Shown: positions 12,788 through 25,435 of the stretch, piece by piece | Layout: each line of letters starts with the position of its first letter | How positions within the stretch are numbered: position 1 is the stretch's first letter | Origin: Octopus sinensis | Taxonomy: Eukaryota | NCBI RefSeq assembly: GCF_006345805.1 | Contig: NC_043016.1 | Coordinates: 13,578,001-13,642,000 of the forward strand | DNA: 64,000 bases | Direction of reading: 5' to 3' | Made by a program: the position numbers and the translations under genes | The notes under the pieces: model-generated | What the model saw: the letters and a program-made list of their open reading frames with translations, nothing else | Database searches by the model: none | Told to the model about the DNA's origin: nothing

Positions 12788-13557
12788 AAATGAGATTGAT
12801 ATATTATATATATAAATAAGTAGATTGATATATATTAGAGGAAAAATCAAAACCAAGGCAGAACATGCATCTCAAGTCATTTAGAATAATTTAATTAGGG
12901 TAAGGTGAATTTGAAGTCTTACAGTCGTTCCTGGGATAACCCAAGTAGTAGGTTAACATGTCCATGCACTGGGTATTCCATCATCAGAGACAAAGTATGA
13001 ATATTTTAGATGGAAAATTTACAGTTTACAAGGAATAAAATAGATGGATGAAGATTAAAAGTAGTTAGAAGAATATAGGCAGGGGAATAATGTTCACAGC
13101 TCATCTTTTTCTAGAGGATATGAATGTTGGTTGGTACTTCCACAAAGGTACAGGTTTTTAGTTAAAATTCCAGGTAAATCCAAGCATTATTTTGGTAGTA
13201 TATAACATAAATAACAATAATGTTAATTTTGTCTGATTGACATTATTGTTATTAACATTATTATTATATATATTAATTTATGACAATAATTATTTTTATA
13301 ATTGTATGTATTTTTATATTATGTATTAATTTTAATGGTACACTGTATCTTTCCTGTTTGATTATTTAATGTTTTCATTATGTTTTCAATATGATATATA
13401 TAAATTTCTTTGTACATTCCCTGATGATATTCTGGCTTATAATTAAATTACATTTGATTGATTTTATACTATAAGTGATGAATTGAAACAATTGTAGGTC
13501 TTGTCAATTTATTAATAAATTTTTATTAATCATATCTCCATCTTCTCTCTTGTTTTT

Positions 13558-13560
<3 letters not shown>
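12659..13560. mobile_element. Cluster of Penelope-like terminal remnants with three hammerhead-like motifs (12659-12703 +, 12916-12991 -, 13419-13498 +)
   Basis: Each has a CTG(A/G)TGA core, a stem II, G(A/G)AAC, a palindromic or near-palindromic stem III and a GTH triplet; the 13419 copy is followed by AATAAA. Confidence 0.6.
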
Positions 13561-13591
<31 letters not shown>

Positions 13592-13713
13592 GTAATATAT
13601 ATGTGTGTACCTATATTATAAGGTATTCAACCAGTCTAATCTTGGATATTTCTATCCCTCTGACATTTATATATCCTCACTTGTACTTTAATCTCCTCTC
13701 TCTCTCTCTCTCT

Positions 13714-13715
<2 letters not shown>

Positions 13716-13748
<33 letters not shown>

Positions 13749-14610
13749 TTAACGTCCGCTTTCCATGCTAGCATGGGTTGGACAGTTCAACTGAGGTCTG
13801 GGGAGCCCGAAAGCTGCACCAGTCCAGTCAGATCTGGCAGTGTTTCTACAGCTGGATGCCCTTCCTAACGCCAACCACTCCGAGAGTGTAGTGGGTGATT
13901 TTATGTCCCACCGACACAGGTGCCAGACGAGGCTGGCAAACGGCCACGCTCGGATGGTGTTTTTATGTGCCACGACACAGGTGCCAGACGAGGCTGGCAG
14001 ACGGCCACGCTCGGATGGTGTTTTTATGTGCCACCGACACAGGTGCCAGATGAGGCTGGCAAACGGCCACGATCGGATGGTGTTTGTTACGTGCCCACAG
14101 CACGGAGGCCAGTCGATGCGGTACTGGCTACGGCCACGTTCGGATGGTTTTCTTGTGTGCCACGTGCCACCGGCACTGGTACCACAAAGATACAAATTCC
14201 ATTGATGTTCATCTATTTTGATTTGTTTTGATTTTCACTTGCCTCAACAGGTCTTCACAAGTGTCACAAGAAGGAAGGTATGCACAGGTGGACTGACTAC
14301 GTCCCAGGTAGGGGCCACAGGTTATGGCCTGACTAGTCTTGCCGGGTCTTCGGATGGTGTTTTTATGTGCCACCGACACAGGTGCCAGATGAGGCTGGCG
14401 AACGGCCACGATCGGATGGTGTTTGTTACGTGCCCACAGCACGGAGGCCAGTCGGTGCGGTACTGGCTATGTCCACGTTCGGATGGTTTTCTTGTGTGCC
14501 ACTGGCACTGGTACCACAAAGATACAATTCCATTAATGTTCATCTATTTTGATTTGTTTTGATTTGATTTGATTTGATTTGTTTTGATTTCATTTTGATT
14601 TTGATTTTTA
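13716..14610 (-). mobile_element. RTE LINE 3' UTR insertion with an internal ~215-bp duplication
   Basis: (CAT)n tail, ~60-bp units; 14011-14225 is repeated at 14350-14560; ends in (GATTT)n. Confidence 0.85.
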
Positions 14611-15014
14611 TATATATATATATACACACACACACATTTTTGTCTTACAGGTTATATGGTGACCCTGTCAGTGCAGGTGCCACTTAAAAAGCATCCAGTC
14701 CACACTGTAAAGTGGTTGGTGTTCAGAAGGACATCCAGCTGCAAAAACCTTGCCCAAACTGACCTTGCCTGTGCTTGGGTCACATAAAAAGCACAAAGTC
14801 CATTCTGCTGAGTGTTTGGTGTTAGGAAGGGCATCCAGTTGTAAAAACCCTACCAAAACAGTCACAGAAGTATGGTGCAGGCTTCTGCCTGACTGGCTCT
14901 TGTGAAACCATCTCACGCATACCAGCATGGAAGGCAAGAATTAAGCAATGATGATGAAAATGATGATGATTTGGGGTGGAATTGGGAAGAAGATGCTCTT
15001 TGTTATTTTGAAAC

Positions 15015-15089
<75 letters not shown>

Positions 15090-15185
15090 ATGTGTATGCA
15101 TGTGTGTGGTGAATTTTTAGAGGCTTGGTTAAAGATAAAAGAAAGACAGAAAGGTAGAAAATAAGAAAGGCAGAAAGAATGTATA

Positions 15186-16406
15186 CAGGGTGCATAAGGT
15201 ATTTGAGGACATACCATTTTTAGGGTTAATGCTGCATTTTTTACTAACTCTGTATAATCTTTGTTTCAGAAAATAATAATGGCAGACCCTCAGCTTACTC
15301 AAGAAATGAAGAGGCATGCCGTTATTGTGATTACAAAAGCTGAGCATAATGATTTAGAAATATCTCAATTTTTAAAAGTTGCCATATCTTTCATCTACAA
15401 AGTTTGTAAGAAGCTAGAGACTGAAGACGGAAACATATCACCAGTATCAAAGCATAAAAAGCATTCTAAATGCTCTGAAATCATCAAAACACCCGAATTT
15501 ATCTAGCAAGTTCAACAGCCCATTGATTACAATCAAGAAAGTCTATGAAGTCAATTGCAAAAAAACTCCATGTATCAGAAGGAACAGTCAGAAATGTTGT
15601 CTATGAAGACATCAGATATACGTCTATGATGAGGAAAGGTCAATTTGTCAGAAAAAAACAAAAGAAAATCACTACATCATATCTAAAAGGCTCTTAAACA
15701 AAATGAAAAATCCAGCAGAAAAAGATTTGATTTGGTTTTTCTCAAACAAGAAAAACTTTGACTAAGATCAAAAGATATGACAGATGATTATGTGCAAATC
15801 CTTCTGAGATTCCAAGTATTATGCATACAAAATTTCCTGCAACTGTCATGGTTTTAGATATTATCAGCAATGAAGGACATTTGATGCCTTCATACTTCTT
15901 TCCACAAGGCCTTAGAGTTAACTCTGCACCTACATTGAGGTCCTGGAAATAATTGTTAAGACAGTGTATGCAATGGAAGGCCATATGTGTTTCAGTAAGA
16001 CTGCACTATCACACATGGAATGGATGGCTGGAAATTTTCATGATCATATAACCCCTAACATTTGGCTTCCTAATCCCCAAGATCTCAATCCATTCAACTA
16101 TTACATGTGGAGTGTTGTTGAGAGAGAGGTCAATGAACCTGCTGGTAACACCAAAGATTCTTGGAAAGTTGCCGTAGTCAGAGTAATGTCCAAAATGAAC
16201 CAGGACAACTTGATTCAAACATGTAGATGATTTAGATCTCATATAGAAGCAGTTGTTGAAGTTGAAGGTGGCTTTATTGAATAACATTATAGAAAAGGAG
16301 GTTTATTTTTATCCTCATAGCATTATTTGATAAATAAAGTTATTATCTGTTATTATATGTCTGATTTATAAACATAAATCTCTCCTCAAATATCTTATGC
16401 ACCCTG
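15186..16406 (+). mobile_element. Full-length but inactivated Tc1/mariner transposon (maT/DD37D-like)
   Basis: TA|CAGGGTGCATAAG(G/A)TATTTGAGGA 24-bp TIRs at both ends with TA duplication; broken transposase (KFPATVMV...SNEGHLMP...WLPNPQDLNPFNYYMWSVVE...GGFIE*). Confidence 0.9.
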
Positions 16407-17097
16407 TACATCAGTATATGGATATATATATATGTATGTATTATCATCATCATCATCATCGTTTAACGTCCACTTTCCATGCTGGCATGGGTTGGACGGT
16501 TTGACTGAGGACTGGTGAGCCAGAAGCTGCACCAGGCTGAAAATGATCAGGCAAAGTTTCTACAGCTGGATGCCCTTCCTAATGCAAACCACTCTGAGTG
16601 TAGTGGGTGCTTTTTTATGCATATATATATATATACAGAGTGCGAAGTGTAAATTGTCACCATTTTATATCTTATTTTCATGCATGCTCATTGTTTGTTT
16701 TTGATTTTGTCAACTACACAGCTAAGCACTCCAATAGTGTAGCAGGTGCTTTTTATGTGACACCGGCACAAGGGCCAATCTGGCAGTTCTAGCAATGACC
16801 ACACTCAAAAGGTGTTTTTACGTGCTACCTGCATGGGAGCCAGTTTGGTGGCACTGGCAACGACCACGCTCGAATGTTGTTTTCCACATGCCAGCAGTAC
16901 ATGTGCCAGTAAGGTGACGCTAGCAATGATCATGCTCAAATGGTGTGATTCACACTCAGATATGCTTTTAACATTCCACTGGCACGAGTGCCAATCAGGT
17001 GGTACTGTCATTAGCCACATCAGTGATTCTGATTTGTTTACACTTGCTTCAGTAGGTCTTTGCAGGCAAAGTTCATTGTCCAATGAATGAGGGGTAC

Positions 17098-17137
<40 letters not shown>

Positions 17138-17974
17138 TTAGCGTCCGCTTTCCATGCTAACATGGGTTGGACGGTTCAACTGGGGTCTGTAAAGCCAGAA
17201 GGCTGCTTCAGGCCCAGTCTGATCTGGCAGTGTTTCTACATGTATATATATACATGTATGTATGTGTTCATATGCATACATTTTAACTGCTGGCTTTTTG
17301 ACAGTTAAAATGTATGCATATGTATCTGCAAAGTGGATTCACCAGTAGGCCTCAATGAATAAAAATCTAACAGCCAATATCACAGCTGCTAAGCTTCCGA
17401 TACACATGATTTGTTTTCAGCTTGTTTAGGACCAACCACACTTTTGGGAAATTCTGATAGAAGTAAGTTGGTACAAATGTTTTCAACAGATTAAATGAAC
17501 AACACGTCCCAGGCTTTTCTTTAGATTAGAATTCTCCATCTCGTGGGTTACTTGCTGTCAGAATGGCTAAGCAATTTCTAAGTCCTCCAACGATCAAATG
17601 AGCAGCCATTGAAATACTGGTTGTAGGTTGCTTGCAGGTAATCACACCAAATGCCTTTATTCTTGAAACAGCTGTAAGGTACAATCTACATGTTCTCCTT
17701 CTCCTTCAGTTTAGGATTTTACCTATGACAACCTGCCTTAACCTGCTGTGTAATATTGATAAGACAAACTGACCTTATAGCTATTCCAGGAGTATACTAG
17801 CATATTTCACAATCATTAATAACATTCCTAAATTGAACTTTTACTGATGTCTTGTCATTTAAACAACTCATAGCATTCATTTATCCCTATGTATTGTTTA
17901 AATGTATAAATAAAGAAATGTTATAATCTGACCTAATACATGTTGTTTACTGGTCTATACTTTTATTCTGTTGT

Positions 17975-18174
17975 GTACACACACACATACACACACGCAC
18001 ACACAAGTACACACACACATATATTTTGATATATATATATATATATATATATATACTACAAAATTAGAGAATGGAGAAACATACTTAAATCAATAAAACA
18101 TCAACTATCCGATGATACCCAATCAATACTTTAATACACCATTACATATGAGTAAAGGCATTATACAAAATGAG

Positions 18175-18233
<59 letters not shown>

Positions 18234-18264
18234 TACACACAAGTACACACACACATATATTTTG

Positions 18265-18297
<33 letters not shown>

Positions 18298-18357
18298 TAT
18301 ATATATATATATTATACACACACACAAGTACACACACACACATACATTTTGATATAT

Positions 18358-18389
<32 letters not shown>

Positions 18390-18440
18390 TACATATACAT
18401 ATATATTCATACACATATACATATAAATATATATATATAT

Positions 18441-18471
<31 letters not shown>

Positions 18472-18484
18472 CACATATATTTTG

Positions 18485-18546
<62 letters not shown>

Positions 18547-18674
18547 AGTACACACACACACATACATTTTGATATATATATATATAATATATATACACAC
18601 ACACACATACATATACATATATATTCATACACATATACATATAAATATATATATATATATACACACACACACAA

Positions 18675-18705
<31 letters not shown>

Positions 18706-18720
18706 CACATACACACAGGC
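17975..18720. repeat. Higher-order compound microsatellite ((CA)n-AAGTA-(CA)n-TTTTGA-(TA)n units)
   Basis: The interrupted unit recurs about 5 times; 18310-18470 is duplicated at 18530-18700. Confidence 0.9.
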
Positions 18721-19275
18721 AGATAACACTCAGATGCAAAAACAAAATCAATGTTATTACGTAATTGTATTCAAGTTTACAATCTCTTTTCAATGGTAAA
18801 AGTAACTATTTCATCACATATTTTTTGTAGATCTGTACTATAATTACTTAATTAACATATGAATTATTTAATGTATGGATTTACATAAATTTAATAATGT
18901 TATATAACAACATAGTCTTCACTCTTGTGGACGTGACCTATACAGATTCCCATTTTTTACACTTGGTTTCGTTTCAGTCTTCTTGTTCCATTTTTTTCAT
19001 CAACTTTCTTTGTGTTTTCTCACATTTTAAAAATTTTCTTACTGTCCTGTATCCTTGTTTTTAAAATATGTATAACGCATAAACAGAGCCCGAAAGTTTG
19101 CTTGGAGATTACATGGCATATTTTATAAATATGCCCATCAAAAGTATCATAAAAGCATAAATTATTAATAGCCTTTTCAGTTATGCATTAAATAAAAATT
19201 TAAGTATTTCTTTTATTGGTTCTACGTATGTTGGATATATATGTATCAAAAGAAAAACAGGACGCAAAGGATTTT

Positions 19276-19362
19276 GCGGTACATATGTTTCGGGCTTTAT
19301 TGAACAACTTATATCAATGCATAATTGATGTAACAGGTAGATCAAAAGCCTTCTTCAGCCAC
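19276..19362 (-). ncRNA. Minimal type I hammerhead-ribozyme-like motif with intact core
   Basis: Minus strand: GTGG-CTGAAGA-AGGCTTT...AAAGCCC-GAAAC-ATAT-GTA-CCGC. Stem I GTGG/CCGC, stem II GGCTTT/AAAGCC, palindromic stem III ACATATGT. Confidence 0.7.
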
Positions 19363-19776
19363 GTACAATTACCACATCAAAGACATGTATCACATTATAG
19401 CAGATTTGAGAAAAAGTTTGGGAAAAAAATGAGTTTCATTGGGAAAATAGATCCTCATAGGCGTATATGGCATGTGTGTGCATATATGGGTACAGGATGT
19501 CATCAACAGTAAATAACATGAAATATGAAAAGAAATTAGTTAAAACGCTGAGAGAAAAAATGGAAGACAGGACAAGTAACACTCACAAAGACCCTTCATC
19601 AGTTGTTGGCTGTCAATCTACTCCTCATGTCAAACATTGAACAACAGTATGAGTCTTCAAAAACAGTTGCTCCCATAAATACCAAAATAAAATTTTGGAT
19701 TTATGGGGGATCAAAGTTGGGAACAAAAACAGGATAGTGGAGACATACAGGGAAACCGAACATATGTGTATATATA

Positions 19777-20280
19777 TCATCATCATCATCATCATCATCA
19801 TTATTTAACATCTGTTTTCCATGCCAGCATGGGTTGGACAGTTCGACCAAGGTCTGAGAAACCAGGAGGCTGCACCAGGCTCCAGTCTGATCTGGCAGTG
19901 TTTCTACAGCTGGATGCCCTTCCTAATGCCAACCACTCCGTGAGTGTAGTAGGTGCTTTTTACGTGCCACCAGCACAGGAGCCATAGGAGGCTGGCAACT
20001 CCACAATCAGCTGGTGATTTTTACGTGCCACCGGCATGGATGCCAGTCAAGGCAGCGCTGGCATAGGCCACATTCGGATGGTGTGACACCGGCATGGGTG
20101 TCACAACTACAATTTCCATTTGATTTTTATTTTGATGTTGATGTACTTGACTCAATAGGTCTCCTTATGCACAGCAGGTTGCCCTATGATCCAAGGTAAG
20201 CACAGCAGGCCATCCTGCGAGCCATGAACTCACTTCATTTGTTGGGTCCTCGCAGTCACAGCATACCTCCAAAGGTCTCA
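19777..20280 (-). mobile_element. 5'-truncated RTE LINE 3' end
   Basis: (CAT)n tail, conserved terminal block, ~3 tandem units and residual ORF end. Confidence 0.8.
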
Positions 20281-21724
20281 CTCTTTCGTCATATATATAT
20301 ACACCGTAAATCCTCAAGTATAGTCTGCCCTTGAGTATAATACGCACGGGATTTTTAGAGGGTTGTACCTCTGAAAAATGAAGATCTCAGATCTCAGCTA
20401 ACTCACTTGGAACAATGTACATATCCAAATATTCAAACTTCATTCCAGACTGAGAATGTAAAATCAAATAATGTAAGGTGTCACTTTAACATCTTGATAA
20501 TTCAAAATATTCACAGATATTGTCGCAAAATTTACCACTGCTAGGTAATTAGCAGGCACAGTAATTAAACATTACTAAACTCATACATAAAACTACAGTT
20601 TCACATTTTATACAGACTAAATGAAACTTTGGCTCAAATAGCCTTGAGATCAACTTTGACAAATTAGCATGATGTCTTGAAACTCAAGTTATGAGATATG
20701 AAAAATGAAAGTGGCTTTCCTTAGCAGCAAGAAGCTCCAATTCAATTATTTTCTTACATTTAAGAAAAAAAAAGGTATCTAATGGTGATGAATTAGCATC
20801 AGCACTTGTCTTGTGCCTTTGAAATTTCAAATGGTCTTTAGTAGCCAACCTGCTTCCATGTGTCACAAACAGTACTACTAATAAATTATCACATTTTTAC
20901 CTTATCCACACAAAATAAAGAGGAATACGAAGTATGTAACCCTATTGGTTTAGTGACTGGCATATAAAACTGGGAAGTGTGAAACCCAAGACAAATTTAT
21001 AGTCAAAAACATTGCAAGAAAAACAGAAATGAAATAAGAAGATTGAATTGTTTATTCATGAGGCAATGAAAACAATTCAATCCTAGAATTCATGTTTATG
21101 AATGTGCACAGCAGAATAATGTGAGCACTCGCAAGAGACAAGGTCTATGTTCCCAGAAATGAGAGAGAGAGAAAGAGAGAATTTCTTTATTCACCATAAG
21201 GTTGAGAAAAAGAGGGGACAGACAAAACAAACGTTGGGGTCAGGGTATCAAATGAGACAAAACGTATGAATAAACAAACAATTAAAATATATACAATTAA
21301 ATGAGAATGAGTGATTAACAAAAAATGAAGCGGAGGACGCGGTTGACCCCACAAACCACATACTCACACTGAAGACTTTGCTTTGAGAGAATTGACTTAG
21401 GTTGTCAAAAAGCCAGCAGTTAGCTGTGGCTGTCTAAGTTTAATTAGACCAGAGTAATAGATAAAACAAAGATAAAGAGTAAGAAAAAGGTGACAAAAAA
21501 GTTGACAACAGCAGACTTGTATGCACAGAGTGTCTACCAGTTTTGGTGAATTATCTGTGGCACAAGTTCAGTTGTACAAGCTCAGCAGTGTCTTTCCTTT
21601 CGCCATGGAAATGGTGTCTTATATAAAGCAAACAGCTATTTATGTGTGAATTGGTCAGAGTTCAGAGAAACAGAGACAGCTTATATTCAGATTCTGACCA
21701 GGTTCTTACTACAGGTGTTTCATA

Positions 21725-21930
21725 TAATAATAATAATAATGAAATTATTGTATACAGTGCTCAGGTGCACCACAACTTGTCAGAAAGTGCATATAAAGGA
21801 CATGCAGTAATGTATAGATGTCTGGAAAGCGAACAATGTATGAGTCAGATACATGCCTGTGTGTGTATGGAGGGGAGAAAATCAGGTGTAGTGTTGGCGA
21901 ATCTCAGAAAGCATGGAAGTTTTGAAGGAT
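21725..21930 (-). mobile_element. CR1 3' UTR fragment
   Basis: Reverse complement of ~7120-7322. Confidence 0.85.
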
Positions 21931-22199
21931 ATATATATATCTAGAGAGAATCAAAAGTTCATACTTTTTCAGTCTTGCCATTGTGAAACCTTTAGCATTT
22001 AAACTGGCCGTGTAATGCATGATTAATTGTGAAAAAAATGTAAATAAATATGCATTATATTTGATAGAGTAATTAGAATGATAAAGATTTAAAATCATTA
22101 AAAAAAATAACCAACAAAATTTTAAACTGGTTGAGCACCAGAGCAGCATGGCTAAATCAAGACAGTCTTACACAAACACAAAAGCAAAGACACATGCAC

Positions 22200-22243
<44 letters not shown>

Positions 22244-22784
22244 TTGAATAGTAGTGGTAAACATTATTTTACATTTTTTTTTTAATGCTGATATCTGCCA
22301 AATTCATAAATTCCACTTTCTGCATCACAACGAAAGACTACCATAACATATATGTGTGTGTGTGTGTCATTATTCAATTTATTTCAAGATTTTGCCAATA
22401 GAGAAGGAACTCGTTTCTAACTAAGATCCAAGGCTCCTTCATTGGAATTTCATCATCAAAAGCAGGGTTTTTTTTTTTTTGTTTGTTTCTTTCTTTCTTT
22501 CTTTGTACGTATATATGTATGTATGTATGCATACATGCATGCATGTATGTATGTTCAGATTTGTATGTTTTATGTATGTCTTCTCGTGCATATAGTTGCA
22601 TATCTAGACATGCTCATATGTATTTAAATGATAAACTTCTGGAAAGTTTTACGGATTTATGCATGTATGTCTCTTCTATTTGGTAATTATTATAAATCTT
22701 CCACTGAGGAGGGAGCCAGTTTCCAACAAAGATACAAGGCCCCATCTTTGGAATGTAGTTAACACAGACAAATTCACACTGCTG

Positions 22785-23193
22785 TTTACTGTTTTACTTG
22801 TTTCAGTCATTTGACTGCGGCCATGCTGGAGCACCGCCTTTAGTCGAGCAAATCAACCCCGGGACTTATTCTTTGTAAGCCCAGTACTTATTCTATCGGT
22901 CTCTTTTGCCGAACCGCTAAGTGACGGGGACGTAAACACACCTGCATCGGTTGTCAAGCAATGCTAGGGGGACAAACACACACACACAAACACATACACA
23001 CACACACATATATATAAATATATACATATATATGACAGGCTTCTTTCAGTTTCCGTCTACAAAATCCACTCACAAGTCTTTGGTCGGCCCGAGGCTATAG
23101 TAGAAGACACTTGCCCAAAATGCCATGCAGTGGGACTGAACCCGGAACCATGTGGTTGGTAAGCAAGCTACTTGCCACACAGCCACTCCTGCG
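22785..23193 (-). mobile_element. SINE family B (tRNA-like head, CORE-like ACCTTGGGCAAGTG domain, internal microsatellite)
   Basis: Near-full-length reverse copy of 60476-60893. Confidence 0.85.
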
Positions 23194-23799
23194 CACGTTC
23201 ACTATATTTTTTAATGCTTTATTTAACAATCTACCAATCAACCAACATTCATATTGTTTATTATAATTACCATAATTATTAAGGCAGTGAACTGGCAGAA
23301 TCAACATTAACGGGTCCGACAAAATGCTAAGCAGCATATTTTGTGGCCCTTTACATTTTGACATCAAAACACCAACAGATATCAATATTACCTTTCATCC
23401 TTTCACAGTCGATAAAATAAAAACCTGTAGAGCACTAGGGTAATCAACTGGCCTCCTGCCCCTCAATTTCAGGCCTTGTGCCTATTCTGTTAAGAATTGT
23501 TAGTAATATTTATATACATGTGTATGTATATATATATAAACTGACATCATCATCACTTTAAGATCAACATATATATAAGTGTATGTATATATATATATAT
23601 ATATAAGTGTATGTATATATTTATATATATATATATATAAATCATTAGAAGAATCAATTTATTAGACAGAGTCCAATAAGTCGTCAAATAAATGGAACAG
23701 GTTGGAAACCTAGGAATAATGCCCTAAACAGAAGAAATATTTTTATCCCAAAAAATATATATAATATATACATATACATATATGTGGTGGGGGGGTGTA

Positions 23800-23960
23800 T
23801 ACATATATAGGGAGAATTCACGAAAAAAACAAAAACGAAGACAGGTGGTGTAGACAATGCTCGGGAATTGAAAAAGTCTTTAACGTTTCGAGCCTACGCT
23901 CTTCTACAGAAAGGAACACAGAAAGAAACAAGGAGAGAAAAAATGTGTGTAGTGGGTACC
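23800..23960 (-). mobile_element. Penelope-like terminal remnant with a compact hammerhead-like motif (23878-23913)
   Basis: CTTT-CTGTAGA-A-GAGC-GTAG-GCTC-GAAAC-GT-T-AAAG on the minus strand. Confidence 0.55.
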
Positions 23961-24486
23961 GAACTATCATGGTGAATGCCAAACATATATATATAAACTT
24001 ACATTATCATGCCATCATCATTTTAACATCAGCATGTGTATGTATGTATGTATATATATATATATATACTAGCAACTAAGCCCAGTTTCACTTGGTCACT
24101 TTGGATGATGTGGCTGTAAAACCTGCTCTGTGTAAGCATTCAACTTGTTTGGGCATGTTTATGTTAAAAAATAATTTTAGAATGACTTTTTTCTGTCAAA
24201 ACGCTAAAAATAACTGACCAACAACAAAAAAAAGCAACCAAGATTCAACCAAATCAAAAAATAAACCCAAATACTAAGTGAACAAAGATGAACCATTCCA
24301 CTTCCATTGCACACTGGTGCTGGTGGCACCACTCTGCAAAGTGGCTGACTTTCGGAAGGACATCCAGCAGTAAGAACCTTACCTAAGCAGACAATAGAGT
24401 CTGGTGCAGCAGTTCTTTGGTTTGCCAGCCCCTATCGAACATTCCAGCCTTTGGCAGAATGGAAAAATGGATGCTAAATTATAATA

Positions 24487-25395
24487 CATGCATGCATGTA
24501 TGTATGTATGTATGTATGTATGTATGTATGTATGTATGTATGTATGTATGTATGTATGTATGTATGTATGTACGTACGTATGTATGTATGTATACATGTA
24601 TGTATGCATGTACGTACGTATGTATGTATGTATGTATGTATGTATGTACGTACGTATGTATGTATGTATACATGTATGTATGCATGTACGTACGTATGTA
24701 TGTATGTATGTATGTATACATGTATGTATGCATGTACGTACGTATGTATGTATGTATGTATGTACGTATGTATGTATGTATGTATGTATGTATGTATGTA
24801 TGTATGTTTGTATGTGTGTATGTATGTATGTGTGTATGTATGCATGTATGTATGTACGTATGTATGTATGTATGTATGTATGTATGTATGTATGTATGTA
24901 TGTATGTATGTATGTATGTATGTATGTATGTATGTATGTATGTATGTATGTATGTTTGTATGTATGTTTGTATGTGTGTATGTATGTATGTGTGTATGTA
25001 TGTATGTATGTATGTATGTATGTATATATGTATGTATGCATGCATGCATGTACGTATGTATGTACGTATGTATGTATGTATGTTTGTATGTATGTATGTA
25101 TGTATGTATGTATGTATATATGTATGTATGCATGCATGCATGTACGTATGTATGTACGTATGTATGTATGTATGTTTGTATGTATGTATGTATGTATGTA
25201 TGTATGTACGTACGTACGTACGTACGTACGTATGTATGCAGTATGTATGTATATAATGTATCTATGTATGTACGCAGTATGTATGCATGCATGTGTGTAT
25301 GTATGTGTGTACGCAGTGTGTGTATGTATGTATATATGTATGTGTGTATGTATGTATATGTGTATGTATGCATGTGTGTGTATATGTGTATGTAT
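24487..25395. repeat. ~900-bp (ATGT)n tetranucleotide array with variant ACGT/GCAT units
   Basis: Directly visible; produces the 220-365 aa HTYI/MYVC pseudo-ORFs. Confidence 0.97.
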
Positions 25396-25435
25396 GCGCG
25401 CGCGTGTGTGTGAGTCTAAGCATGTATGTATAGGT

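Noticed and set aside
17421-17830. Exon-like segments in unique-looking sequence on both strands
   Set aside because: No consistent phase chain or recognisable protein; probably cryptic sites or old repeat debris.
19560-19610. CTGATGAAGGG on the minus strand as another hammerhead
   Set aside because: No downstream GAAA or stem III.
21960-22030. Candidate exon LIMHYTASLNAKGFTMARLKK
   Set aside because: Matches the terminus of the piggyBac-like MITE family (CCTTTAGCATTTAAAC).
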